DNA of 64,000 nucleotides from Octopus bimaculoides (taxonomy: Eukaryota): assembly GCF_001194135.2 (NCBI RefSeq), contig NC_069006.1, forward strand, positions 24,665,611 through 24,729,610. Reading direction: 5' to 3'. The translations under genes were made by a program, and so were the position numbers. A model generated the notes under the pieces. It was not told the origin of the DNA. It made no database searches and saw only the letters and a list, made by a program, of their open reading frames with translations. Below, piece by piece: positions 38,528 through 50,496 of the stretch. Numbering within the stretch: position 1 is the stretch's first letter; each line of letters starts with the position of its first letter.

Positions 38528-38766
38528 TTGGGTTGGTGCATAATTATTGCGGCTTTTTTTCAACAAAAACAATGACAACATGTAACAAAAACATCTTTAA
38601 ATGATTATTCTGGAGCATATTCACCATCTACTTCAATTACTGCTTCCCATTTGCTTGGCAGACGGTCAGACCGTCATTTAAAGAGGTTTTTGCTAAATAT
38701 TGGTATTGTTTTTGTTGAATAAAATTTGCTGGAAAAAAAAGCCACAATAATTATGCACCAACTCAA
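38528..38766. mobile_element. Mariner MITE (Hsmar1/MADE1-like TIR) with TA target duplication
   Basis: TA|ttgggttggtgcataattattgcggc ... gccacaataattatgcaccaactcaa|TA. The minus strand encodes DRLPSKWEAVIEVDGEYAPE*, a mariner transposase C-terminus. Confidence 0.92.
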
Positions 38767-41214
38767 TATATGTAATTTAAATCAGTTATCCTTCGGAGAT
38801 GGTATCACAAAACTGAAATTATAGATTGTTTTGTGTTATTTATTTGTTCTGCAAATTATTTTATTTTTTATTAATTCTTAAAACATTTTTCACAGTCCCC
38901 CACACAGGCNNNNNNNNNNNNNNNNNNNNNNNNAAATATACATACCTATGTACACATACATATATACATGTACAAAAAATACATGAACATAAGCAATTTG
39001 TGTGTGTGAGTGTGTCTAAGCGTGATCGTGTGTGAGCGTGTCACTATGAGCTGGAAAAAAAAAATTAAAGAAATAAGTTTTTTTATGGAAATTGCCAAAC
39101 AAATGGATAAAACAGAACAATCTTTATTTCCAGTTTTTTGAAACCATCTCCGAAGTAATCTTTTGACAATAGCAGTGAATAAACTCTTCCCAATTTAGCT
39201 GTTTATGGTTGAATTTGTGTTTGTCATCACATTCCAGGTTTCGTTATATATTGCTTGCTCTTTGTACTGTTAGCTTTTTAAGCTGTTCACCTTCAAATCT
39301 GATTAAATATAAACTTGTAAGGTGTGACACAGTAGTTACTAGAATATCTTAACCATGGGTGACCAACTTGCTGGGAGGAAGTAAAAGTAGTTTGTCCCCC
39401 CCCCCATATATATGTGAACATGTATACATGCATGTACGCATATATACAAGTATGCACTCACGTACGCACATTCACACGCATGTACTCAAATGCCCGATAC
39501 ACTCGCACGTACACACACACACCACAACACAAATTCGTACCCACTCTCGTACATACATACTTTGCTTAATTAAAGCTTCTGATATCTTAATTAGTTGTGT
39601 TCGTTATATCATCATTTTCTTGTAAATGTTGAGAGATTACAGAGAAAAACGCTGAGCAACTTGATAATCGTTTCTCTTTCCATAGCAGTTGCGTATTGTG
39701 GAAATACATTTTCTATGTGGTTCAGAAGATATATCTTCTGGGGTGCTTTCACGAATGTCTACTTACTGTAAACAAGGGACCCTGCCTTCGTCTATGCGTG
39801 AGTGTGACATTGTGTGTCATTAGATTCAGATTTAAATACTAATTATATTTTGATTGTAATTGTCAGAAATATAGAGCTCGGCAGTGAAACTAATATGTGT
39901 GTATTGTAGGCATGTATTGTGTGTGTGCATATACATTTTTGGGTATGTACGTACGTCTGTGCATGTGTCTACATATTTGATATACATATATATATATACA
40001 TACAGAGGGAAGTAATATATGGTGCACTTAGATATTGTTAATTTAAATGAATACATGTGTTAATATTTTTTCTTGTTTCTGTCAAAGACTGCTTTTAGTC
40101 ATTTTCCACAATCAGGAACACAATTTTAGTGACCCATGGAAAAAGTCCATTGAAAATTAGCTGTATACCATACATTTCAGGATGTAAATAAAGTACCTAC
40201 TTACCATTGTATCTTGGTGATTCTGTAAAGCTTTTGACATTAAATTAATTGAAGGTGTGTGGCTTAGTGGTTAGGGTGTTGCACACACGATCATAAGATT
40301 GTGGTTTCAATTCTTGGATTGGGCAGTGCTTGTGTTCTTGAGCTAAAAACACTTTTTTCACATTGCTTCATTCACTCACTTGCAAAGGAGTAATCTTGCA
40401 ATGAACCCTGAAAGGATGAAAGGTGAAGTCGACAGCTGCAGGATTTCAACCCTGAGCTCATTATTGCAACATATACGGCAGAGCATTCTGCCTAAGACTC
40501 TTGACAACTCTGCTAAATAGCTGTTGTCTGTTTTTTCAAATAGACCATGAAATATCTGATTGAATTAAATAATCTTTATTGTGTTATTTGAGACTTGTGA
40601 GTGTGTAATATACTCTTACAATCACTACACATTTTATGGGAGATGGTTGTTGTCTCCGCACATTAAGCAGTAGGGAAGATAATGAAAATATTTAGGTGAC
40701 CTCCATAAAATACAGAGATAAAAAAACAAACAAGAACCAAATCAACACAGCACATCTGAAAACAGTAACGCCATCTCTAGGGTATTTTTGTAACTGCTTC
40801 AAGAAATTATATTCTCTTCCTCACCTTCTTATTTGAAAATATCTTCTACCGTAAACAAGCAGAAATAATAAACCTGCAAGTTTTTACCTTCCACATTATA
40901 ACTGCTCTTAATGGAGGTTCCTGGAAGTAATTGAGTTGTTATTGTTGGGTGAAAGAATCCAAAGGCCCAGTTATTAATAGTTGTTGTGTTGGCAGAATCT
41001 TTAAAGATAAACTGCTTTATGGTTTTTGTCTTGGACGTTTGGTCTCTGGGTTCGAATCCTACCAAGAGTAACTCTGCTTTTCATTCTTCTATGATCAGTA
41101 AAAATACCTGTCGTGAACTAGGGATAATATAACCAATACCCCACTAAATTTCTGGCCTTGTGCTTTTTTTTGTCCTGGTTAGAAATTAATATATATTACT
41201 GAGCAGAAATAATC

Positions 41215-41575
41215 TATCTTTTACTTGTTTCAGTCATTGGACTGTGGTCATGCTGGAGTCCTGCCTTGAAGGGTTTAGTCAAACTAATTGACCACCATAC
41301 TTATTTTTTAAGCCTGATACTTATTCTACCAGCCTCGTTTGTTGAACCACTAAGTTACAAGGGGTATGTTAACAAACCAACACCAGTTGTCAAGCAGTTA
41401 TTGGACACACACATGATGGGCTTCTTTCAGTTTCTGTTTACCAAATCCACTCACATGACTTTGATTAGCTTGGGTATGTGATAAAAAACACTTGCACAAG
41501 TTGCTAGGCAGTGGGACTTGAACCAAAGACCATATGGTTGGAAAGTTAACTTCTCAACCACACGCCCACACCTGT
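41215..41575 (-). mobile_element. SINE (family 1)
   Basis: Reverse complement of the family-1 consensus from tail (ttacttgtttcagtcatt) to head (aaccacacgcccacacctgta). Confidence 0.8.
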
Positions 41576-42069
41576 ATAATAATAGCCTGTACAAACTATA
41601 TTTCATTTCTCCTTGTTGCCTTCTAGTGTAGTCTTTTCATTTGCTCTGATATCAGTGCTTCTGTGTAAAAATAGAAATTATACGTGCATATGTTTATCTC
41701 TGTCCCCGTTTATTGCATATATTTAGATGGGGGTTTTTGAAACAGAAAATACAAAACTGCTGTTTAAAATATCGCTGAGGGTCTTATAAATAAAAAAATG
41801 TAAATATTTTTGTTCAGTGCAGTTTGTGTGGTGATAGTCAAATGTTGGTGGAGAGATGATAGAATTGTGCAATACATAATGATAAAAGAGTGCTAGGGCA
41901 GAAAGAGTTTCAAACTGTGAGATTAAATTTTATATATGTGGTTAGCTAAAATATATATTGTGTGTAGTGTGTGTTCTGTGTACAATATTTGGTGGTTCGT
42001 TGTATTACATTTTATTACATTGTACAAATTGATTGTATAGTCTTTTGTCTTTGTCTTATATCTGTTATT

Positions 42070-42460
42070 TGTGTGGTAAGAAGTTTGCTTCCCAACCACA
42101 TGGTTCCAGGTTCAGTCTCACTGTGTGGCACCTTGGGCAAGTGTCTTCTACTATAACCTTGGGCCGACCTAAGGTTTGTTGGTGGATTTAGTAGATGGAA
42201 ACTGAAAGAAACCTGTCACATACATCGATGTGTGTGTTTGCATCTGCGTTTGTTTCCCCCCACACCACACTACTTGATAACTGGTGTCGGTGTGTTTACA
42301 TCCCTGTGACTTAACAGTTTGGCAAAAATACTGATAAAATCAGTATCAGGCTTACAAAAAAAAACACAAGTGCTGAGGTCAATTTATTGGACTAAAATTT
42401 TTTCAAATTAGTGCCCCAGCATGGCCACAGTTTAATCACTGAGACAAGGAATAGAGAAAA
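42070..42460 (+). mobile_element. SINE (family 1)
   Basis: gtgtggtaagaagtttgcttcccaaccacatggttccaggttcagtc ... cagcatggccacag. Confidence 0.85.
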
Positions 42461-43729
42461 AGGTAAAAGATACTGTATGTGTGTGTTGTATATTGGAAAG
42501 TATGATTATTTATATATGTATGTATGTATACATATACACACATATATATATATCAACCCNNNNNNNNNNNNNNNNNNNNNNNNNNNNNNNAGTAAAATAC
42601 ACCGTGTTCGTAAAAAAATATCACACTTCTTATGCTCTGATGACATCTTTTGGTTTCTATTTTCGTCATTCTTTGGAAGATTTTGTGTTTGTTGCTAATC
42701 TGAGGAAACTAGAGTTGGCGAACCATTTACGTGGCGGCAAGAAACTTGATACTCATAAAAGTCATCTAACCAATGATGACGGCTGCACATGATCTTTCTA
42801 ATTGCATATCATCATCATCTTTATTGTTATTAAAGCAAGCTGGCAGAATCGTTAGCATGCTGGGCAAAGGTTAGATTTAGCTAACCTTGTAAAAAGTTGC
42901 TATAGCCATGTGCTAAGGGGTTTTCTTGAAATTTAGCCCTTTGTGGCAACCTTCGTAGGTGTCCTTTCCATTCAAAATGAGCTCCATGGTTACCATAGCC
43001 CTATCTCATTAGAAGCTTTAACATGATTTACAGTTGCTTAAGATTCCGGTGGGGGTGGGGAAGAATTGCAGTAGAGTTGTGGTCAAAGTTGTTCTAACCA
43101 TGACCTTGTTTATTATCACAACAGAATATCTAGATTCTTCAGTGCCTTTCTTATTTAGGATGGTCTGCTATGATTTGAGGAAACTTGCAATTTTCGTTGA
43201 CATACAGAAATACATCCTTCCTTTTCACCTATTAATCTTGTTTATCTTCAAAGCTGTAATTAAAAATGATCTGTGATTAAAAGCATTCCAGCCTTGATCG
43301 ACGAGTCTTTTATTTAGGGCTATATTATCTGATGTCTTTTTTCTCTCCCCCCTTATTTTTTGGTAAAGCTAATGTAAAAAACTGAGGACGATTTGGCAAT
43401 TATTTCTAGCACATCTACGGTTAACCCTAACCGCTATTTAGTCACCACTCATTTAAATGACGGCGTGGCGTTATTGTTGACAGAAAGTCTGGAACACCAG
43501 GCTAAACTGCCTTACTATATTACTTAATCCTAACATCTTGGTTCAATATCTTGTCAGTGCCAACGTTATCTTTCATCCCCTCAGGGGTAGATCGATGAAT
43601 TAGAGACAGTAATCTAGTCTCTACTCCATTACCCACATTCCTTTTGACTTCCGTTTACTCCTGCTAAATTGTTAACTCCGAAGCTGGGCTGTTTGCCTTT
43701 TACTGAAAACTTAAAATGCAGGAAACCTA

Positions 43730-44420
43730 TTCTGCTTCATGGATGCTGTTGTTTAGCCTGTAAATAAAACGACCGTGCGAAGCAAAAGAGAATGGCGACG
43801 AAGTGGAAGATGACTCCTTTGAATGCGTCGCACGGTCGAACACATAACATGATATATGACATAGAAGGCTCGCCGTGAGTGATGATGCCAGCCAAGTGCC
43901 AGTAAAGGAACAAGTGCGTGGCAGAGACAACCGTTTGCTATATAAAGAGAGTAAGTTTATTAACATGGTGAAACTGTATTGTCTGTGTGGGCGTCTATGC
44001 GGTTACCTGGTACAGAATATTCTCGCAGGTTGGTTCTGACTGTTAACTTCGTGGTGGAAATAATCCACTCATACAGTGTCGAGGTGAAACCGCGTTTGTC
44101 GTTGTTGGTGTTGCTGGCGACGACATTGTGGCAGACAGTACATTGGTGGTGAAGACGTCGTCGCTGGAAACTGGCTGGAGCTGTGTTCTGTATGTGGTCA
44201 GCGACCAGACCTGTGACACGTCTGAAATCGAAGAAGACGGGCGTAAATGGATCGGGCTTATTTATAGATGAAATAGGACTCACCGGAAACGCAGGAAAAC
44301 TCTCTCACGTGACCTTATCTGAAGGCCACGATTGGACTGCATGCACCCTGAACTGCTGATGATTGCCGCGCAAATGAGAACCAATCAGAGTGGTGGACGC
44401 CACTTCGTTATCATTTGTGA
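43730..44420 (-). promoter_or_regulatory. CpG island with promoter motifs and candidate 5' exons of an unidentified minus-strand gene
   Basis: Highest CpG density in the window. E-box/CLEAR-like TCACGTGAC (44305-44313), CCAAT boxes at 44331 and 44381, CCGGAAAC at 44283. Minus-strand donor CG|GTGAGT (44283), acceptor TTTCAG (44222), donor CAG|GTAACC (about 44005) and acceptor TTTTATTTACAG (about 43757). Confidence 0.55.
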
Positions 44421-45719
44421 TTGAATGTCCGAGAGAGAGGTTTCACTACAAGTCCCAGATCAAGTTTAAGCAGACTTGTGATCAAAAACGTTCCAACCAT
44501 GAGCTTTCTGTTTTCCATCTTACCGACCTCAATCTTGGGTGATATACCTAACGCCTAACATAAAATTACCCTGAATTTTGTTTTTGTGCGGCCCGCCTGA
44601 TAATGGAGCTATGTCTCATACGACCCGCTTCTCGAAACGAGTTGTCCATGCTGACTTCGCCTGCCGTCCAGTTTAGCGGAAACCATTGTTGCATGCATTC
44701 GAATCAGGTTCCGGTTTGAGGATGTTAACTCAGCTTTCTCCTCTGTTTCATTGATTCACCCCCACGTAAAATAAAAACCTATCCCTCTCCCTTCAAAATG
44801 CATCTAGTATTACGTTATTCAATGTGTTATTTTCTTTGAGTGTGTATGAAGTACTTTAAGACGTTTGGTTGCTGTTTCTAGCAGGTCGATAGACTTTGTC
44901 GTTACCTTAAGAAATTTTTGCCCGCCGCACTAAAAAGATTCCCAATTCCTGGTTTAGATAAACATTAAATTAAGAAAAAGGTTCACGGGCGGATGACAGG
45001 TTCCAATTCTTATATCTGTGTAAATCTTGTATATATCTATGTATAATTCGATATACATTAATAAAGGTAAGTTTAACACATTAAATTAACGCGTAACATC
45101 TTCATTAACGCCGCCACTGAATTTAGGATGTTTATATTATTTACGAGGTATTCTATATTTCTCAGCTAGAGTGTAGTTGGGTCTCAAGGGGGTGGTACAG
45201 ACCTAGCAATGTGTTATATAGTGAAAACAAAATTTCCATTCAAATGGCTATTACCAGGCGATTTCTGACCGTTTTAAGTCGTAGTGGAAACGCGACCTAT
45301 GTCAAAATAGGTAGACGAATATTGTATACATTTTATAATTGAAAAATTGACCATATTTTGTACATATGACTATATCAGCCTGTGGGCACAGGTTTCCCTA
45401 CACTTGATCTAAACCTAGTGTAATGATATTCTCAATAATCTTAGGAGGAAGGGCTGCATTGTGGTGAAGAGTGGTTTCATCTGGGAGTTTTTTGTCTCCC
45501 CAAATATTATAACTACAAGGGAGATAATTAGCTATTTACTACCGAAGTAATCTTCTCTTTATCTTATCGAGAATTAAAGATTGGAGTTGATCGACAGATG
45601 AATGTAAGGACTTTTGATTATATTCAATTTATGGTCTTGTAGAGAAACATATCGGTAATTTCCTATTCGACGTTCGTAAAATCACAGTGATCCCAAAACT
45701 TTATTTCAGTAAAATATTT

Positions 45720-45900
45720 CCTAATTATACGACCGGCAAGTAAAAAAATGAGGAATAGTTTCGCCTTGGGCACATGCGAGAGAATTCTTCAACAATCCAC
45801 GGCGGACACACCAAGCAATACAAGTCGCTGAATGTGGCAAAAGATCGAACCAGTGTCGCAATTGTGTGCCGTTCATTGATTATCTGCCGATCTGTAAGCA
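45720..45900 (+). promoter_or_regulatory. CpG-enriched segment with donor GATCT|GTAAGC; candidate non-coding first exon of the TAO kinase gene
   Basis: Elevated CpG, CACATGCG, and a donor at 45894. The TAO start exon needs an upstream exon. The assignment is inference. Confidence 0.3.
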
Positions 45901-46165
45901 TTTCGTTTGGGATTCACAATAAAACGAGGAGCACCAGGGCGTCCACGAAGCATGCTAATCGATTTTGAATGAAATTGGAACTAAAATTCGATTTGACGAA
46001 CGTCAAATAGGAAATGTTGAGAGTAATGTCGCTTTTCTTTAGCCCCAGGTAAACCTCCAACTGTGTAGAACTATGATCATAATCATTCCATAATCATATC
46101 TCTTGGGCATTGTTTATTCACAACTATGTTATTAAAGGTATTACTCCCTTTTTAAGCTGGTAGAC

Positions 46166-46416
46166 CAGTGGTTCTCAATTAGGGTCCATATAAGATTTTG
46201 TTGCATAAAAAAAAAACCCATTAAATGTTTAGTGTGTTGTAGAAATATCAATTTATTGCACATAAATTTTTACAATTCCTAATAATATTCAATTAGAAAA
46301 ATATATGATTTTTTAAAAAATCAAATAGGGGTCACATCCTTGAATGGCTACAGGAGTCCATTCAAGTAAAATAGGAATCACAGTGTCCATAGGTAAAAAA
46401 TGGTTGAGAACCACTG
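46166..46416. mobile_element. hAT (Charlie-like) MITE, 251 bp, with perfect 8-bp TSD
   Basis: TIR CAGTGGTTCTCAA (46166) / TTGAGAACCACTG (46416). The TSD TGGTAGAC is present on both sides (46158-46165 and 46417-46424). Confidence 0.93.
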
Positions 46417-46959
46417 TGGTAGACTATAATTTGATGGAGATTTGGCTGCTGTTTCTAGCAAATTAGCGTCCATACGCAAGATCTCTTGTTGACTCAATAA
46501 GACGACTTAATAACTTGTATGAATGTCTGTACGCATTTGGGAATAATCACAAGATGTGTGAGTTAAAAACAAGGTGCAGCCAAAAATTAGGGTACCATAT
46601 TTCTTGTACCTCGTTAATGTTTTTATTGTTTTCTGCCACATTTACTCCTCCAATACAATCTGAAGGTTTCGCCACTTATTCTCCAATGAACAACATCCTG
46701 TTGTCTAGAATCCTCCAAAATGTCAGATTGTTTTTGTTTCTACTGTTGAGGTTCGGAACCAATCCTTCACACTGACTTTTTTATTAACGACATTCACCTT
46801 TTCTTGCACACAATCTGCATACAATCCCAAATTTTTACAATGTATTCATTACAGAAATTGGAATTTCTACAATGGAAATTAATAACTAATTTCATAGCCA
46901 TGAGTGAGTGAGTGTGTGTTCAGCTAATAGGAAAACACACACACAGACACACTCCACTC

Positions 46960-47056
46960 CACTCACTCACTCACTCCACTCCACTCACTCACTCACTCCA
47001 CTCCACTCACTCACTCCACTCCACTCACTCACTCCACTCCACTCACTCACTCCACT
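46960..47056. repeat. 18-bp minisatellite (CACTCACTCACTCCACTC)n running into an assembly gap
   Basis: Visible period, and the HSLTPL repeat in the ORF track. Confidence 0.9.
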
Positions 47057-47300
47057 NNNNNNNNNNNNNNNNNNNNNNNNNNNNNNNNNNNNNNNNNNNN
47101 NNNNNNNNNNNNNNNNNNNNNNNNNNNNNNNNNNNNNNNNNNNNNNNNNNNNNNNNNNNNNNNNNNNNNNNNNNNNNNNNNNNNNNNNNNNNNNNNNNNN
47201 NNNNNNNNNNNNNNNNNNNNNNNNNNNNNNNNNNNNNNNNNNNNNNNNNNNNNNNNNNNNNNNNNNNNNNNNNNNNNNNNNNNNNNNNNNNNNNNNNNNN

Positions 47301-47357
<57 letters not shown>

Positions 47358-47419
47358 ACCCCCAAGACAATGTTTTTTAAAGCATGCTACTTATTCTATT
47401 GGAAAAAGTCTCTTAGTCT

Positions 47420-47670
47420 CTTTTCACCTAGCTGCTGAGCTATGGGGATGTAAACACACCAACACCAGTTGTCAAGTGGTGGTGAGAGACAAACAGACAT
47501 AAAGACACACATGATGGGCTTCTTTCTATCTACCAAATCTACGCACAAGGCTTTAGTCAGCATGAGGCTATAGTAGAAGACACCTACCCAAGGTGCTACA
47601 CAGTGGAACTGAACCCAGAAACATGTGGTTGGGAAGCAAGCTTCTTACCACAGAGCCACACCTGCACAAG
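47420..47670 (-). mobile_element. SINE (family 1)
   Basis: Reverse complement of the family-1 body and head (cttcttaccacagagccacacctgcac). Confidence 0.8.
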
Positions 47671-50448
47671 TAAAAGTTTCTGTATGCACAAGTTAACAGG
47701 TATACGTGTACTTAGTGAATGCAATGCAACATATTTCAGGTTTTCTCTACTTGCAGTGGTACATTTGGTAATAAAAGAAACAAGATGCTTAAATGGCATC
47801 ACTGAAAAGGATGGGGGGAGGGAAGTTGGCAAGGAAATATATCTGGAAGTTAAGTGGAAAGTGAGAGAGAATAGAAGTGAATGCAAGAGATTCTCAAATA
47901 TCACAGGTTGTGTGTGTGTGTGTGTGTGTGGAGGGGGAGATTCCTTTGGATATTTAGAAAACAAAGCATTGTGTCAGGAGGAAATCAGGGCATTATACAA
48001 AGAAGAAAAAAAAAAATCTGGTCTAATAGTACAGATTCTTTCTAACTGGCAGTGATAGACAGGCGGAAGTTCTGTTATGGGAGATGATTGTTCGACAGAC
48101 AGAATAGTAGTGGGAGGAGAACTTGCATAGTAAATATAAAAGTATTGGACAAGTAAATTATTTGTCTTGAGTTCAAATCTACTTCAGAATTTGACATTTA
48201 AATCTGTTTCACCTAGTTCTTGATGATGTAGTTGTGTGAAAGTAGGTTATAGATCTCCTGGAAATATTGCTAGAAATAAGACTAATGGCCTACCTAAAGG
48301 GAAATTTATTGTTCTTCCATTTAATATTGCTTTCAAATTTTGGCACAAGGCCAGCAAGTCCATGGGCGGAGATAGGTCAATTAGATCGACCCGTGATCAA
48401 CTGGTGCTTATTTTATTGATCCTAAAAAGGATGAAAGGCAAAGTCAACCTCAGCGGAATTTGGATGCCTTTGTTTAATATTTCAAATATGTAGGTCTGTC
48501 TTCTGGACTGTATCCTGCTATACAAGTAATTCTCCCCCTAATTATTCCACTATCTCTCCTCAGCCCTGTTCAACTGTAGTCTAACGTGGAGCTGCCTCTG
48601 CCTGGTTGTTTAACCTGTAAGAAGCAGCAACCGAAATCCTCACGTCAAGCCATGACGTCTTGAAATAAAAAAAGATTATAGGCATTGCTCTTCCTAAATG
48701 CTAAATGCTGACAGGTTTACTGTCCAACCTGTGGATCACATCCCTGCTCACTGCCATCAGGGCAGAGATGGTTATCCACCAGTGAGCCGCATGAGTCAGA
48801 GTGGTTGTTCCAGCCACCTGCAGGGCAATGCCATTTGTATGTTATCCGTTGGGACCATGAAATGGACTGGCAAATCTTCTTAGATATTTCTTTGCTGTGA
48901 GGAAGAGGAAAGATACAAGGATTTTGGCAGGACCCTTCATCAAGATAAAGGAAAGAAAAAGGGGGAAAAATAGAATTTTGACAAAATTGGTTTGATATTT
49001 AACCAATTGATTAATAATAAAGAAGTAGAATTGAAAGTGAGCCAGAACACGTCAACACTATATGTTTGAAATTGTTGATAATGGTAAATGTCCAGACCTA
49101 CCCTCTAGGGTACAGTTTAGTCATGAGGGAAATATTACCTTGCTTGCTAACAAGAGAGGTATCCAGCCATAGAAAATCTGCCTCAGTGAATTCTGCCCGA
49201 CCCATGCAAGCATAAAAAAGGGGGACATTGAAATTATGGTGATGGAGGTGGTTGTGATGGTGGGTTTTTTTTACTATAACAAAATCTTTGATCTTCAGTT
49301 AATATTTCTCAGCCCATTGGAATTAAATAAAATTTCAGTTTGGCTTATTATTGCAAACGGCTTTCTTTCCTTGTTTAGTGAGTCTTTTCATTGAGTGGGT
49401 CCAGTCTATAACATGCATGTTGACGAATCTATTCCATTAAGAAAGCTTTTGCGCACCAATTAGAAAAAAGATTTGCTGTCTTCAAACGAAAACGAATTTC
49501 ACAATAGAATCAAGCATGAAACATTTTCACGCTTGGTTTAGTTGCAAAATTTATTTGCTTACATCAAAAGGAAAAATATGTAAATCTGTTTCAAGAACTG
49601 CAGTGACACATTACTATTCATATTAACGTGTACAGAACTGGCTTTGAACATTTCGTCATAAAAATATCTGTTTTTTGAAGACTTTCTTCTGTGTTATAGA
49701 CTTCTTTACAAAAAAATTACATCCAACATTGTCACCAAGACATATTTAATACTTTCTATAGATAGGGGTAAACATATCAAAGGGCTGCCAGCCATGACCA
49801 TCCAGTCTTTTAACCCTTTTGATACCAACCGCCCTGAGACTCTACCAACTAAAAAATTTGAGGTAATTTTTCATTAGATCTGCTATTCAGTAAGTCCCAT
49901 GAGCTGCCGTTTTCTCGTTGCTGTTCTAGAATGTCCTCCTTGGGAAATCCTGTATAAAATAGGTGTAGGTATGGCTGTATGGTATGCTTAGCAGGATTTC
50001 ATCTTTCTTTATTGTATTCTGAGTTCAAATTCCACTGAGGTTGACTTTGCCTTTCATCCTTTCAGCGTCAGCAAGATAAATACCAGTTGAGCACTGGGGG
50101 GCTGTGCAGTTAACTTAACTCACAACCCTCGAAATGGCTGGCCTTGTGCCAAAATGTGAAACCATTATTATATTGTTGCAGTGTGATTGTTTAAAAGTAG
50201 GTAAAAGTTTTATAATATTTAATTTGGCACAAAAAGCTGTCAGTTGTAAATAACTGAAATGTTTAGTTTGCAAAGCAGCCTCACTCCACATGCAGAGGCT
50301 GCCGGAACAATATCGGCAGCTGCAACAAGAAACACTCTCCTTGAAAGCAGTCGGCAATTACAAATATTTTAAAAGTCTAAATTACATGAAGAAGGGAGAC
50401 ATAGGCAAGTATCAATAAATGGTGAACAATACATACATCTTGGATATA

Positions 50449-50496
<48 letters not shown>

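Noticed and set aside
39723-39740. 18-bp palindrome CAGAAGATATATCTTCTG
   Set aside because: 9-bp arms are within chance expectation for 64 kb of AT-rich DNA.
45379-45419. Helitron 3' end (hairpin CCTGTGGGCACAGG then CTAG-T)
   Set aside because: The hairpin is short, the spacing of about 22 nt is long, and I found no matching 5' TC end or second copy.
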